Positions 39,317-48,718 of a DNA stretch of 63,834 nt are shown in pieces. This DNA comes from Lachnospiraceae bacterium (GTDB taxonomy: Bacteria > Bacillota > Clostridia > Lachnospirales > Lachnospiraceae). Position 1 is the first letter of the stretch; the number at the start of each line of letters is the position of its first letter. Under the pieces are notes generated by a model that was not told where the DNA came from, ran no database searches, and saw nothing but the letters and a program-made list of their open reading frames with translations. The stretch is from the NCBI GenBank assembly GCA_045604025.1, contig JAZUNG010000027.1, forward strand, positions 1-63,834, written 5' to 3'. The position numbers and the translations under genes were made by a program.

Positions 39317-41149
39317 ATGAGCCGATTGACTATCATGACAAAAGACAAGGCTCGTGAGACTGTGGAAGAACTCTACAAGGATATAGAGCGCAGGATCACA
39401 GCCAGCCAGCCGGGACTGTGTCCGGTAGATCTTGCGGCAGCATTTCTGCATCTGTGCCATGCTCAGTCATGTGGAAAATGTGTACCATGCCGCGTAGGTC
39501 TGGGGCAGCTCGAGCTTCTGATCGAATCCGTACTGGACGGAACAGCAGAAATGGAGACTCTGGATCTCATTGAAGATACAGCTGAGTGTATCTATTATTC
39601 TGCAGACTGCGCGATCGGATCTGAGGCTGCCAAGATGGTGCTGAAAGGCATCAGAGGATTCAGAGAGGATTATATCGAACATATCGAACACGGACGCTGC
39701 ACATGTGTACAGGACAAGCCGGTTCCGTGCGTTGCTCAGTGTCCCGCACACGTAGACATACCCGGATATATCGCACTGATCAGGGAGGGCAGATATTCAG
39801 ATGCTGTCGAGCTTATCAGAAAGGATAATCCGTTCCCTGCAGCATGCGGCCTGATCTGCGAGCACCCATGCGAGGTGCACTGCCGCAGGACTATGGTCGA
39901 TGATCCGATCAATATCCGCGGACTCAAGAGATTTGCAGTTAAGCATGAAGGTACGCCTCCCATGCCGGAGATTGCCGAACCAACAGGCAAGAAGGTGGCA
40001 GTAATAGGCGGAGGCCCCGGAGGTCTGTCCGCAGCTGTATATCTGTCTGTCATGGGACATGAGGTTACCGTTTACGAGCAGAGGAAACAGCTGGGCGGTA
40101 TGCTCCGCTATGGTATCCCGAGTTACCGTCTGCCCAGAGAGGTACTGGATCATGAGATAGAAGTGATGAAGAGGACGGGCTTCAAGGTCGTGACCGGTGT
40201 ATCTGTAGGAAAGGACATCAGCTTCTCAGAGATCAAGGAACAGAACGATGCGGTATTCATCGCCATCGGAGCTCATACCGACAAAAAGATCGGTATCTAA
40301 GGAGAGGATGCGAAGGGCGTCATCTCCGCAGTCGAGATGCTCCGTGCTATAGGCGACAATGAGATGCCGGATTATACCGGGCAGGATATAGTTGTAGTAG
40401 GCGGCGGAAATGTTGCCATGGACGTAGCCAGAAGCGCCATCCGTCTGGGAGCAAAGACCGTGAAGATCGTCTACAGAAGGAGAAGGGCAGACATGACAGC
40501 CCTTCCTGAAGAGGTTGAGGGAGCAGTTGCTGAAGGCTGTGAGGTAATGGAACTGCACTCACCTGTCAGGATTGAGAAGAATGAGGACGGCTCAGTGAAG
40601 GGCCTGATAGTGAAGCCTCAGATCGCAGGAATGATAAAGGGAGGCAGACCTACACCGGTGGATTCATCAGAACCTGAGTATCTGGTTCCCTGTGACAAGG
40701 TGCTGGTAGCTGTCGGACAGGGTATCGACTCCACATCATTTGAGGAGTATGGTATCCCGATCAAGAGAGGCGCGATCACAGCTCTTGATACCGGTGACGT
40801 CAAGGATTTCAGCGGTATATTCTCCGGAGGAGACTGCGTGACCGGACCTGCAACAGTTATCAGGGCTATTGCAGGCGGCAAGGTGGCAGCAGCCAATATC
40901 GACGAATATCTCGGATTCAATCATGAGATAGTGAACCATATAGTGCTTCCGCCTGCGCGTTTCGACGACAGGGTACCCATGGGACGTATCAACATGAAGG
41001 AGCTTCCGGCGGACGAGAGGAAGAAGAGCTTCGTGCACATCGAATGCGGTCTGACAGAAGAAGAGGCCATGTGCGAGGCATCCAGGTGCCTGCGCTGCGA
41101 CCACTTCGGCTATGGAGTCTTTAAAGGAGGCAGAAGAGAAAAATGGTAA
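39317..41149 (+). pseudogene. NuoF-4Fe4S/GltD-like NAD(P)H oxidoreductase interrupted by an in-frame TAA at 40298-40300
   Basis: ORFs 39311..40300 and 40337..41149 are in the same frame, and the 36 nt between them contain no further stop. The sequence reads ...AIGAHTDKKIGI*GEDAKGVISAVEMLRAIG... straight through a GltD-type FAD/NAD fold. Motifs: CGKCVPCRVG, VAVIGGGPGGLSAA, VVVVGGGNVAMD. Confidence 0.7.
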
Positions 41150-42876
41150 ATATTACGATTGACGGAAACAAGATCCAGGTCCCCGAAAGAACTACCATTC
41201 TGGACGCTGCCGCTATGGCAGGTATCAGGATCCCTACGCTCTGCTACTGGAAGGACCTGAATGAGATAGGCGCATGCAGAGTGTGCGTTGTAGAAGTAGA
41301 AGGTTATGAAAGGCTCCTGACCGCCTGCAACAATGCAGTCAGCGAAGGTATGGTCATCTATACCAACAGCCGCAAGGCACGCAATGCCAGAAGGATCAAC
41401 GTCCAGCTGATCCTGTCGCAGCATGAGACCAACTGCCCTTCATGTGTAAGGAGCGGCAACTGCGCGCTCCAGGCAGTTGCAAATGAGCTCGACATCTACA
41501 AGAAACCATTCCAGAAAGTACTGCCCGAATTCAAGATCAATGACAGTTTCCCTCTGGTCAGGGATGCGCAGAAGTGCATCAAGTGCATGCGCTGCATACA
41601 GGTCTGCGATCATATCCAGGGAGTAAATATCTGGGATGTGGTAAATACAGGTTCCAGAGTAACTGTAGATGTCGCGTCAACATATGACATAACTGAGTCA
41701 AAATGCGCTCTGTGCGGCCAGTGTATCACACATTGTCCGACTGGCGCCCTGACTGAAAGAAATGATAATGCCAAGGTGCTCAGAGCCATCGAAGACCCTG
41801 ACAAGATTACAGTTGTACAGATCGCACCGTCCATCAGGGCTGCCTGGGGAGAAGCGTTCGGTCTGAGCCCTGAGGAGGCAACCGTGGAGAGACTGGCAGC
41901 GGCTCTGCATCTGGTGGGATTTGATTATATCTTTGATACGAACTTTACTGCTGACCTGACTATTATGGAGGAAGGAAGCGAGTTCCTGGAGAGGCTCACA
42001 CATCCGGAAACCTCGAAAATTCCGCTCTTTACTTCATGTTGTCCGGGCTGGGTGAGATACCTGAAAGGACATTATCCGGAGTTTACGGACAATCTGTCTA
42101 CAGCCAAGTCGCCTCAGCAGATGTTCGGAGCAGTGGCAAAGAGCTATTACGCGGAGATCCTGGGTGTAGATCCTTCAAAGATATTCTGTGTATCCATCAT
42201 GCCGTGTCTGGCCAAGAAGCATGAGTGCGCGATACCGTGCATGAACGATGCATGTGGAGAACCGGACGTAGACGTATCCCTGACCACACGTGAGGTTGAC
42301 CGACTCATCCGTATGCTGCATATCATGCCGGATAAGCTTGAGGACAGACCGTTAGATATGCCTCTTGGCATAGGCAGCGGTGCCGGAAATATATTCGGAG
42401 CTACTGGCGGAGTTATGGAGGCAGCACTCCGTACGGCATACAAGCTGGTCACAGGCAGCAATCCTGACCCGGATGCATTCAGGGACGTACGTGGCATGGA
42501 CGGCTGGAAGGAAGCCACATTTGACGTGGCCGGAACTCCTGTCAGAGTTGCAGTCACCAACGGTCTTGCAAACGCAGGCAAGCTCCTGGATGCACTTAAG
42601 AAGGGACAGGTTCATTATGACTTCGTGGAAGTCATGGCATGTCCGGGTGGATGCGTAGGCGGAGGCGGACAGCCTATCCACGAAAGAGAAGAGAGGGCAG
42701 AAGAGCGTGGACAGACTCTGTACCGTCAGGATGCGAATATGACGCTCAGGTTCTCGCATGAGAATCCGGCGATCATAGACATCTATGACAGATATCTGAC
42801 CAAGCCTCTGTCTGAGAAGTCGCATCACCTGCTCCATACCGACCATCACGCATGGAAGATGCCGGGTGAGAAGTAG
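41143..42876 (+). CDS. hydA: [FeFe] hydrogenase catalytic subunit (2Fe-2S plus 4Fe-4S N-terminal domains and H-cluster)
   Basis: H-cluster motifs FTSCCPGW, MPCLAKKHE and EVMACPGGCVGGGGQP. Ferredoxin-type Cys clusters are present. It overlaps the upstream gene by 7 nt. Confidence 0.93.
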   Translation: MVNITIDGNKIQVPERTTILDAAAMAGIRIPTLCYWKDLNEIGACRVCVVEVEGYERLLTACNNAVSEGMVIYTNSRKARNARRINVQLILSQHETNCPSCVRSGNCALQAVANELDIYKKPFQKVLPEFKINDSFPLVRDAQKCIKCMRCIQVCDHIQGVNIWDVVNTGSRVTVDVASTYDITESKCALCGQCITHCPTGALTERNDNAKVLRAIEDPDKITVVQIAPSIRAAWGEAFGLSPEEATVERLAAALHLVGFDYIFDTNFTADLTIMEEGSEFLERLTHPETSKIPLFTSCCPGWVRYLKGHYPEFTDNLSTAKSPQQMFGAVAKSYYAEILGVDPSKIFCVSIMPCLAKKHECAIPCMNDACGEPDVDVSLTTREVDRLIRMLHIMPDKLEDRPLDMPLGIGSGAGNIFGATGGVMEAALRTAYKLVTGSNPDPDAFRDVRGMDGWKEATFDVAGTPVRVAVTNGLANAGKLLDALKKGQVHYDFVEVMACPGGCVGGGGQPIHEREERAEERGQTLYRQDANMTLRFSHENPAIIDIYDRYLTKPLSEKSHHLLHTDHHAWKMPGEK

Positions 42877-43011
42877 AAGCATGATCACTGTAGTGAAATG
42901 GGCTGTGGCCGTTACGGGTCACAGCCTGTTTGTTTGATTAAAGAACTTTCATCACCGTAATAACTGTGATATACTGTTGAAACGCATTATCAATATATGA
43001 GGGAGTGAATC

Positions 43012-44211
43012 ATGCTTACACTGAACCAGATATATCAGGCGGCTTACGTACTCAAGGACGTAGCCAGAGTAACGGACCTTATCTATGCGCCGGAGTTTGT
43101 GGACGGAAGAGAGATCTATCTGAAGACTGAAAACCTTCAGGTGACCGGAAGCTTCAAGCTGCGTGGTGCCTACTACAAGATCAGCCAGCTCTCCGAGGAG
43201 CAGAGGGCTGCGGGCATCATTGCCTGCAGCGCGGGAAATCATGCGCAGGGTGTCGCGCTGGCTGCCACCCATATGGGCATTAAGAGTATTATCTGCATGC
43301 CTGACGGTGCTCCGATCAGCAAGATTGAGGCCACCAGACATCTGGGCGCTGAAGTGTGTCTGGTAAATGGTACATACGATGACGCCCATGACAGAGCAGT
43401 AGAACTGCAGAAGGAAAGCGGCGCCACATTTATCCATCCTTTCGAAGATGATGATGTGATCGCAGGACAGGGAACTATAGGTCTGGAGATACTGGACCAG
43501 CTGAAGGACGTGGATGCGATACTTTGTCCCATAGGCGGAGGCGGTCTGATAGCAGGCGTGGCGTATGCTGTCAAAAGCCTCAACCCTCATGTGAAGATCT
43601 ACGGAGTTCAGGCGGCCAATGCACCCAGCATGTATGAGAGTGTGAAGCAGGGCAGGTCTGTGACCGTACCGACCGTGGCCACATTTGCAGACGGTATCGC
43701 GGTAAAGACTCCCGGTGAGACCACTCTGGAGCTGGTCAATAAATATGTAGATGGTGTCGTGACCGTAACCGAGGACCAGATAGCTGCCGCCATCCTGAGG
43801 CTCCTGGAGCGTCAGAAGCTCATCACAGAGGGTGCCGGAGCCGTCAGTATCGCAGCAGCCATGTTCTCAGACCTTCCGCTTGAAGGAAAGAAGACTGTAT
43901 GTATACTTTCCGGCGGAAATATAGACGTGAATATACTCTCAAGAGTTATCACCAGAGGACTGACCACCAGCGGTAGGAACTATATGATCCAGATCGCGCT
44001 GGAGGACAAGCCCGGTCAGCTCGAGGGTGTCAGCCATATCATTTCAAAATGCGGTGGAAATGTTATTTCAGTTCATCACGAGCGTTCTGACCCCAATACA
44101 CCTATTACCAGCTGTATCCTGAGGATAGGAATGGAGACCAGGGACTTTGATCAGATTGGTGAGATCCGCTCAGAACTGACCAGGGCAGGATTCCATCTGA
44201 TAGCTGACTGA
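43012..44211 (+). CDS. ilvA: threonine ammonia-lyase (threonine dehydratase) with a C-terminal ACT-like domain
   Basis: PLP lysine motif QVTGSFKLRGA; GGGGL loop (CPIGGGGLIAG). Confidence 0.8.
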   Translation: MLTLNQIYQAAYVLKDVARVTDLIYAPEFVDGREIYLKTENLQVTGSFKLRGAYYKISQLSEEQRAAGIIACSAGNHAQGVALAATHMGIKSIICMPDGAPISKIEATRHLGAEVCLVNGTYDDAHDRAVELQKESGATFIHPFEDDDVIAGQGTIGLEILDQLKDVDAILCPIGGGGLIAGVAYAVKSLNPHVKIYGVQAANAPSMYESVKQGRSVTVPTVATFADGIAVKTPGETTLELVNKYVDGVVTVTEDQIAAAILRLLERQKLITEGAGAVSIAAAMFSDLPLEGKKTVCILSGGNIDVNILSRVITRGLTTSGRNYMIQIALEDKPGQLEGVSHIISKCGGNVISVHHERSDPNTPITSCILRIGMETRDFDQIGEIRSELTRAGFHLIAD

Positions 44212-44214
44212 ATT

Positions 44215-44673
44215 TCAGCTGTTCTTTCTGGCCAGCTGCGACAGGATCAGCTGGATGCCGTACAGGACAAGTCCTGCGCATACCAGAAAGATACCGCATA
44301 TCCAGTATATTCCGGACAGCCTGTTGGTTGTTCCGTAGATTTCCAGTACACCGGTGACTATGCTTCCGCAGGTCAGGGCAGCGACGCCCGAACTGTAGGC
44401 ATAGACAGCCGGGGTGCAGGGATGCCACCACAGATAGCCTGCTGATGAACCGGATCTGCCCGGCAGCCTGTTGTTTCCGGCCCGCATCCTGCATGAAAGA
44501 TACATTCCCAGAAACGGTATGCCTCCCATGACCAGTGGAAAGGCGAAAGCCCATATCATATACGGAGAATACACTCCGTGACTGAAGATTTCATATACAG
44601 TTCCGAAAAGCCAGACAAATGCTGCAGATCCCAGATAGATCAGCGCCGTCTTAAACAGTCTGTTCTGTTTCAT
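44215..44673 (-). CDS. small multi-pass membrane protein, unknown function
   Basis: Start MKQNRLFKTALIYLG after AGGAGG. Four hydrophobic segments. Translationally close to the upstream gene. Confidence 0.55.
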   Translation of the reverse strand: MKQNRLFKTALIYLGSAAFVWLFGTVYEIFSHGVYSPYMIWAFAFPLVMGGIPFLGMYLSCRMRAGNNRLPGRSGSSAGYLWWHPCTPAVYAYSSGVAALTCGSIVTGVLEIYGTTNRLSGIYWICGIFLVCAGLVLYGIQLILSQLARKNS

Positions 44674-44683
44674 GATATACCTC

Positions 44684-45727
44684 CTAATATCCAATATATA
44701 TGATGTCGCTGACGCTGCGCTCAGAGACTCTGTTTCCATTTGTTGTCGGGTTGTTGATCACCTCACCGTTGAAATACATGGTAGATGACCCGCCGCCATC
44801 CAGATTGTAGGCACTTTCAGCCCCCAGACTCTGAATGAACTGCGCCAGCTGGTACAGGCTCAGACCTGTGCTCTCACTGGTCCTGCCGTCAGATACTATG
44901 AAGAGATAGTGCAGTTCATCTATGATCGCTATGGCTGTCCGTGGATTGCTGGCCTTGGCCTTGCCTACCTCTTCGCTTTCCGTGACTGCTATATCGCCAT
45001 CAATCAGCAGGGCAGGGCCGAATGAATACACCTGCCATGCTCCGTCTTCCAGCAGCTCAGCTGCGCTGATTTCGGCTTCATTGATGATGCCGAAGCTGCC
45101 GTCATAGTAGATGACCAGATCCTCTCTGCCTGCGGAGGTGCCCCTGAGGAGCACACCGTTGCGGATCACATAGCCTTTTTCCTGAGAACCGTAGTAGTCA
45201 CCATTGATGGCCAATATGGCTCCGTTCTCTTCAGCTATCTCAGAAGTAGCGGCAGTGATATTCCTGCCAAAGAGCCCCTGCGCAAATGCGCTTTGTAAGC
45301 TTTCCAGCGAGTCAATCTGTACATCGGCTACATAGATGGTCGTATCATACTCACGGTATTCACTCAGTGTAACGGAGATATGGCTGTCCGCATATGAATC
45401 TTCTGAAACCACAGGAACCATCACATCATTCAGGGCTTCAGTGTTTTCCGTCTGAGTGGTCTCTCCGGATGCGGCAGATGTATTGCTGTCTGCAGCCGTG
45501 CCTTCCCCGGAAGAAGAGCTGCCTAAGTATCCTTCCGGTACACCCTGGCTGACAGTAGCACTATGACCTTCATCTGATGTACTGAAGGAGTATGGCAAGC
45601 TGCCTCCGGAGATACTTTCCGCTGAATAGACGCGCGTGATCACGAAGGTATCCAGCAGCAGATATACGGTAAATGCCAGAAGTACGGCAGAATATATGAT
45701 CGTCCATAAATGCTTTTTCTTAAACAT
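44684..45727 (-). CDS. phosphodiester glycosidase family protein (DUF2233/NAGPA-like), membrane anchored
   Basis: AINGDYYG...GPALLIDG...NPRTAIAI...FIVSDGR...NLDGGGSSTMYF; N-terminal TM helix. Confidence 0.75.
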   Translation of the reverse strand: MFKKKHLWTIIYSAVLLAFTVYLLLDTFVITRVYSAESISGGSLPYSFSTSDEGHSATVSQGVPEGYLGSSSSGEGTAADSNTSAASGETTQTENTEALNDVMVPVVSEDSYADSHISVTLSEYREYDTTIYVADVQIDSLESLQSAFAQGLFGRNITAATSEIAEENGAILAINGDYYGSQEKGYVIRNGVLLRGTSAGREDLVIYYDGSFGIINEAEISAAELLEDGAWQVYSFGPALLIDGDIAVTESEEVGKAKASNPRTAIAIIDELHYLFIVSDGRTSESTGLSLYQLAQFIQSLGAESAYNLDGGGSSTMYFNGEVINNPTTNGNRVSERSVSDIIYIGY

Positions 45728-45872
45728 GTCGTTATCCTTTCTCAATGTTTGATATTGCTGTGCTTAAAGCATAAAACGCCATGCTTAAGTCAGCCTTAGA
45801 AGAAAATCTGTTTCGCGAGCAGGGCTATGATGGTATACTACGCATATACTGACAGAAATGAATGGAAGATAA

Positions 45873-47033
45873 ATGCAAAACAACAGATACGGATATAAGA
45901 TCATAGCGATCATAATAGTGCTGATCATGATTGCTGCAGGGGCCTGTGGGAAGACAGGACCCGAAGAGGCCGAAGGCACAGCAACACCCGTGACCACAGC
46001 AGCAACAACTGTGACCTCTGCAACAGAAGCACCAGAAACAGAAGAGACCTTGGAGTCAGAAACAGAAGAGCCGGAGAGCACGGACGAAGCGACCACGGAG
46101 CCGCAGTCCGAAACCCGGACAGAGACTGGGTCATCAGCAGAGTCAACAGAGAACAGTTCTGAGACAGAAGAGGCTGAGACTGAAACAGAGACTGCCGAGT
46201 CATATAAAGTGGAAACAGAGACCGGCGAGGTAGAGGTCGGAGTGAAGGACGGGGTGCTCACCTTTGTGGATGCGCACGACAATATCTATGAAGTCGATGT
46301 AAATGAGGACTGGCCCGCAAATGACTACGACCCGCAGGCCTTCGTAATGCAGGCATTCACCACACCGAAGGATATGCGTATGATATACGATTCCGACGAG
46401 TACGATTACAGGCTCGGGATAGATGTCTACGGCGAACACGGAGGCATAGACTTCTGGGCTGTAGATTATGTTGGATATGATTTTGTCATCGTCCGCGGAG
46501 GATACAGAGGATACCTGTACCCCAATCTGGTCCTGGACGAGAGAGTACTGGAGTATGTCGGAGGAGCTCTGGAGTATGGTCTGGATGTAGGCGTGTATTT
46601 CTTCTCACAGGCTATCAGTGAGGAGGAGGCCGAGGAAGAGGCACAGTTCATCATAGACGCGCTGGAAGAGGAAGGCTACGGACCTGACGACCTGGCTATG
46701 GGTATCATTTACGATCCTGAGAGCATCCTTCATGCCGAAGCCCGAACCGATGATCTGACGAGAGAACAGATCACTGCAAATGCTATTGCATTCTGCGAGA
46801 CTGTGAAGGAAGCCGGTTATAAACCCATGATCTATGCCAACATGCTGTGGGAAGCAGAAAAACTCGACTTGGGAGAGCTGTCAGAGTACCCCGTCTGGTA
46901 TGCAGACTATACGGGATATCCCCAGACTCCGTATGCGTTTGAGATCTGGCAATATGGTCATGGAATGGCAGGAGGAGTGGCCGCGCAGGTCGATCTGAAC
47001 ATACAGCTGATCCCCAAGCAGGGGCAAAAATAA
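45873..47033 (+). CDS. GH25 family lysozyme/muramidase lipoprotein with a Thr/Glu-rich linker
   Basis: Lipobox IAAGAC. A low-complexity T/E linker of about 90 aa. GIDVYGEHGGIDFWAV...DFVIVRGGYRG...WYADY is GH25-like. Confidence 0.7.
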   Translation: MQNNRYGYKIIAIIIVLIMIAAGACGKTGPEEAEGTATPVTTAATTVTSATEAPETEETLESETEEPESTDEATTEPQSETRTETGSSAESTENSSETEEAETETETAESYKVETETGEVEVGVKDGVLTFVDAHDNIYEVDVNEDWPANDYDPQAFVMQAFTTPKDMRMIYDSDEYDYRLGIDVYGEHGGIDFWAVDYVGYDFVIVRGGYRGYLYPNLVLDERVLEYVGGALEYGLDVGVYFFSQAISEEEAEEEAQFIIDALEEEGYGPDDLAMGIIYDPESILHAEARTDDLTREQITANAIAFCETVKEAGYKPMIYANMLWEAEKLDLGELSEYPVWYADYTGYPQTPYAFEIWQYGHGMAGGVAAQVDLNIQLIPKQGQK

Positions 47034-47097
47034 AAAGCAGATGCCAAGCATATAGTTTTAGTGTATAATATATTAAATTTTTTCCGGAGGTTTTCTG

Positions 47098-48642
47098 ATG
47101 AAAAACGAAAGAGAGATTAGCCTCAAGGGTTTGGTCATATATATCCTTCAGCACTGGAGGAGCATCATAATCGGTATCATCATCGGCGGTCTGCTGCTGT
47201 TGGGATTTGGCTTCTACAAAGAAAGAAGCAGTGCTTCGAGTGCTGCGCTGCCTGATGATATTCAGACTCCCGAGCAGGTGCTGGAGGAAATGCTGGCAGC
47301 AGAGGCTGAAGAAGATGCTGTGCCTATTTCCGAGCTGGACAAGAGTACCGCTGCCACAGCGTATCTGAGTATGTCCAACTATTACGAAGGTGTTGACTAT
47401 ATGAACAGGACACCTTATATGCAGATCAACGGAGCATTTGCGCCACAGACTACTATCTCCGTATCGCTTCTTCCGTCAATAAATGATAAGAACTCCGCGA
47501 TCGTATATTCACTGAAGCAGCTGCTTCTGGGCGGAGATCTGCACAGCTATGTCAACAGCAAGGCCGGAACCAATATTGAAAACTGGGAGAGACTGATCTC
47601 AGTATCGGACAATATCTCGACTGAGGTTCCGTCTGTGAACGGAGTATTCACTATCACGGTGATCTATATCGATGAACAGGGCTGCAGGGATATCACCGAC
47701 AGTATTATTTCGTTTATTAATGAAAAGCAGCCGGAGCTGGCAGCTCTCTACGGAGACTTTGATCTGAATATCATCAACAATGGAACTGAGCTGGTGTACA
47801 GCAATACCATCCTGAATGCGCAGAGAGACAAGAAGACTTCCGTTCAGAACTACTACAGCACAGCGATCAATGCCATGTCGTCCTTTACAAAGAAGCAGCT
47901 GGATTATTATGACAGCCTGTTGGATAGTGCATCGTTCGATGCCGCTGACCAGAAGGCTTTGGTAAAGAGCCTCAGGGATTTCATAGAGGAAGACCGTGAA
48001 CTAAAGCATCAGGAGGCTATGCTGAAGGCACAGACCGCCATAGATGCTGCACTGGAGAAAGCCGCTTCTTCATCCTTAAACAAGAAGAAATATGTACTTA
48101 TTGGACTGCTTCTGGGTGCTTTCGTGATGGTTGTCATCCATGCGTGCAGATATATATTCGCAAACCGTACAGATCTTTATGACGATGTGCAGAACATCTA
48201 TGGTATCGCTGATCTGGGACATATCCCGGCAGACAAGCCGAAAAAGAAGATATTCTCATTTGTTGATAAATGGATTCTCAAATGGAGAAACCGCGCGTTC
48301 AGACAGGGCAGACACGAGGCTATCGGTGTCAGCGCAGCAGGCATAAATATGCTGGCTGAAAAGAACCAGCTGAATAATATAGCGATCGTATCCTGCGGCA
48401 GAGAGTGGACCGGCATGGAGCCTGCTGATTCCGTGATCGCAAATATCGGCGAGCTCACATCGAATTCAGTAGTACTTGAAAATGTTCTGGATGATCCCGT
48501 TGCCATGAACAAGATGGCATCTGCTGACGGAGTGGTGATCATAACCCGCACAGGAAAGACATTCAGAAGTGAAGTCGCCAGACTGGCGGATCTCATAACC
48601 AGGCAGGGCATAAAGATGCTCGGTGCAGTGACAGTTGACTGA
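47098..48642 (+). CDS. Wzz/CpsC-like chain-length determinant fused to a degenerate BY-kinase-like C-terminal domain
   Basis: Wzz-type N-terminus (ISLKGLVIYILQHWRSIIIGIIIGG) and a second TM helix at about residue 340. The C-terminus (IAIVSCGREWTG...ADGVVIITRTGKT...MLGAVTVD) follows the CpsD layout but lacks GxxGxGKS/T. Confidence 0.55.
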   Translation: MKNEREISLKGLVIYILQHWRSIIIGIIIGGLLLLGFGFYKERSSASSAALPDDIQTPEQVLEEMLAAEAEEDAVPISELDKSTAATAYLSMSNYYEGVDYMNRTPYMQINGAFAPQTTISVSLLPSINDKNSAIVYSLKQLLLGGDLHSYVNSKAGTNIENWERLISVSDNISTEVPSVNGVFTITVIYIDEQGCRDITDSIISFINEKQPELAALYGDFDLNIINNGTELVYSNTILNAQRDKKTSVQNYYSTAINAMSSFTKKQLDYYDSLLDSASFDAADQKALVKSLRDFIEEDRELKHQEAMLKAQTAIDAALEKAASSSLNKKKYVLIGLLLGAFVMVVIHACRYIFANRTDLYDDVQNIYGIADLGHIPADKPKKKIFSFVDKWILKWRNRAFRQGRHEAIGVSAAGINMLAEKNQLNNIAIVSCGREWTGMEPADSVIANIGELTSNSVVLENVLDDPVAMNKMASADGVVIITRTGKTFRSEVARLADLITRQGIKMLGAVTVD

Positions 48643-48663
48643 TCCAAAACATGACTGTATGCG

Positions 48664-48696
48664 AAAAGTGAGGGGGAACTTCCCCTCACTTTTTTT
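48664..48696. terminator. bidirectional intrinsic terminator between the convergent Wzz-like and AAA+ genes
   Basis: AAAAGTGAGGGG-gaactt-CCCCTCACTTTTTTT. Confidence 0.85.
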
Positions 48697-48718
48697 GAGC
48701 ATTTATGTCCCTGACGCT

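Noticed and set aside
40298-40300. Programmed recoding (selenocysteine, pyrrolysine or readthrough) at the in-frame stop of the GltD-like gene.
   Set aside because: The codon is TAA, not TGA or TAG. There is no SECIS-like hairpin immediately downstream, and TAA terminates other genes here. A nonsense mutation or sequencing error is the simpler explanation.
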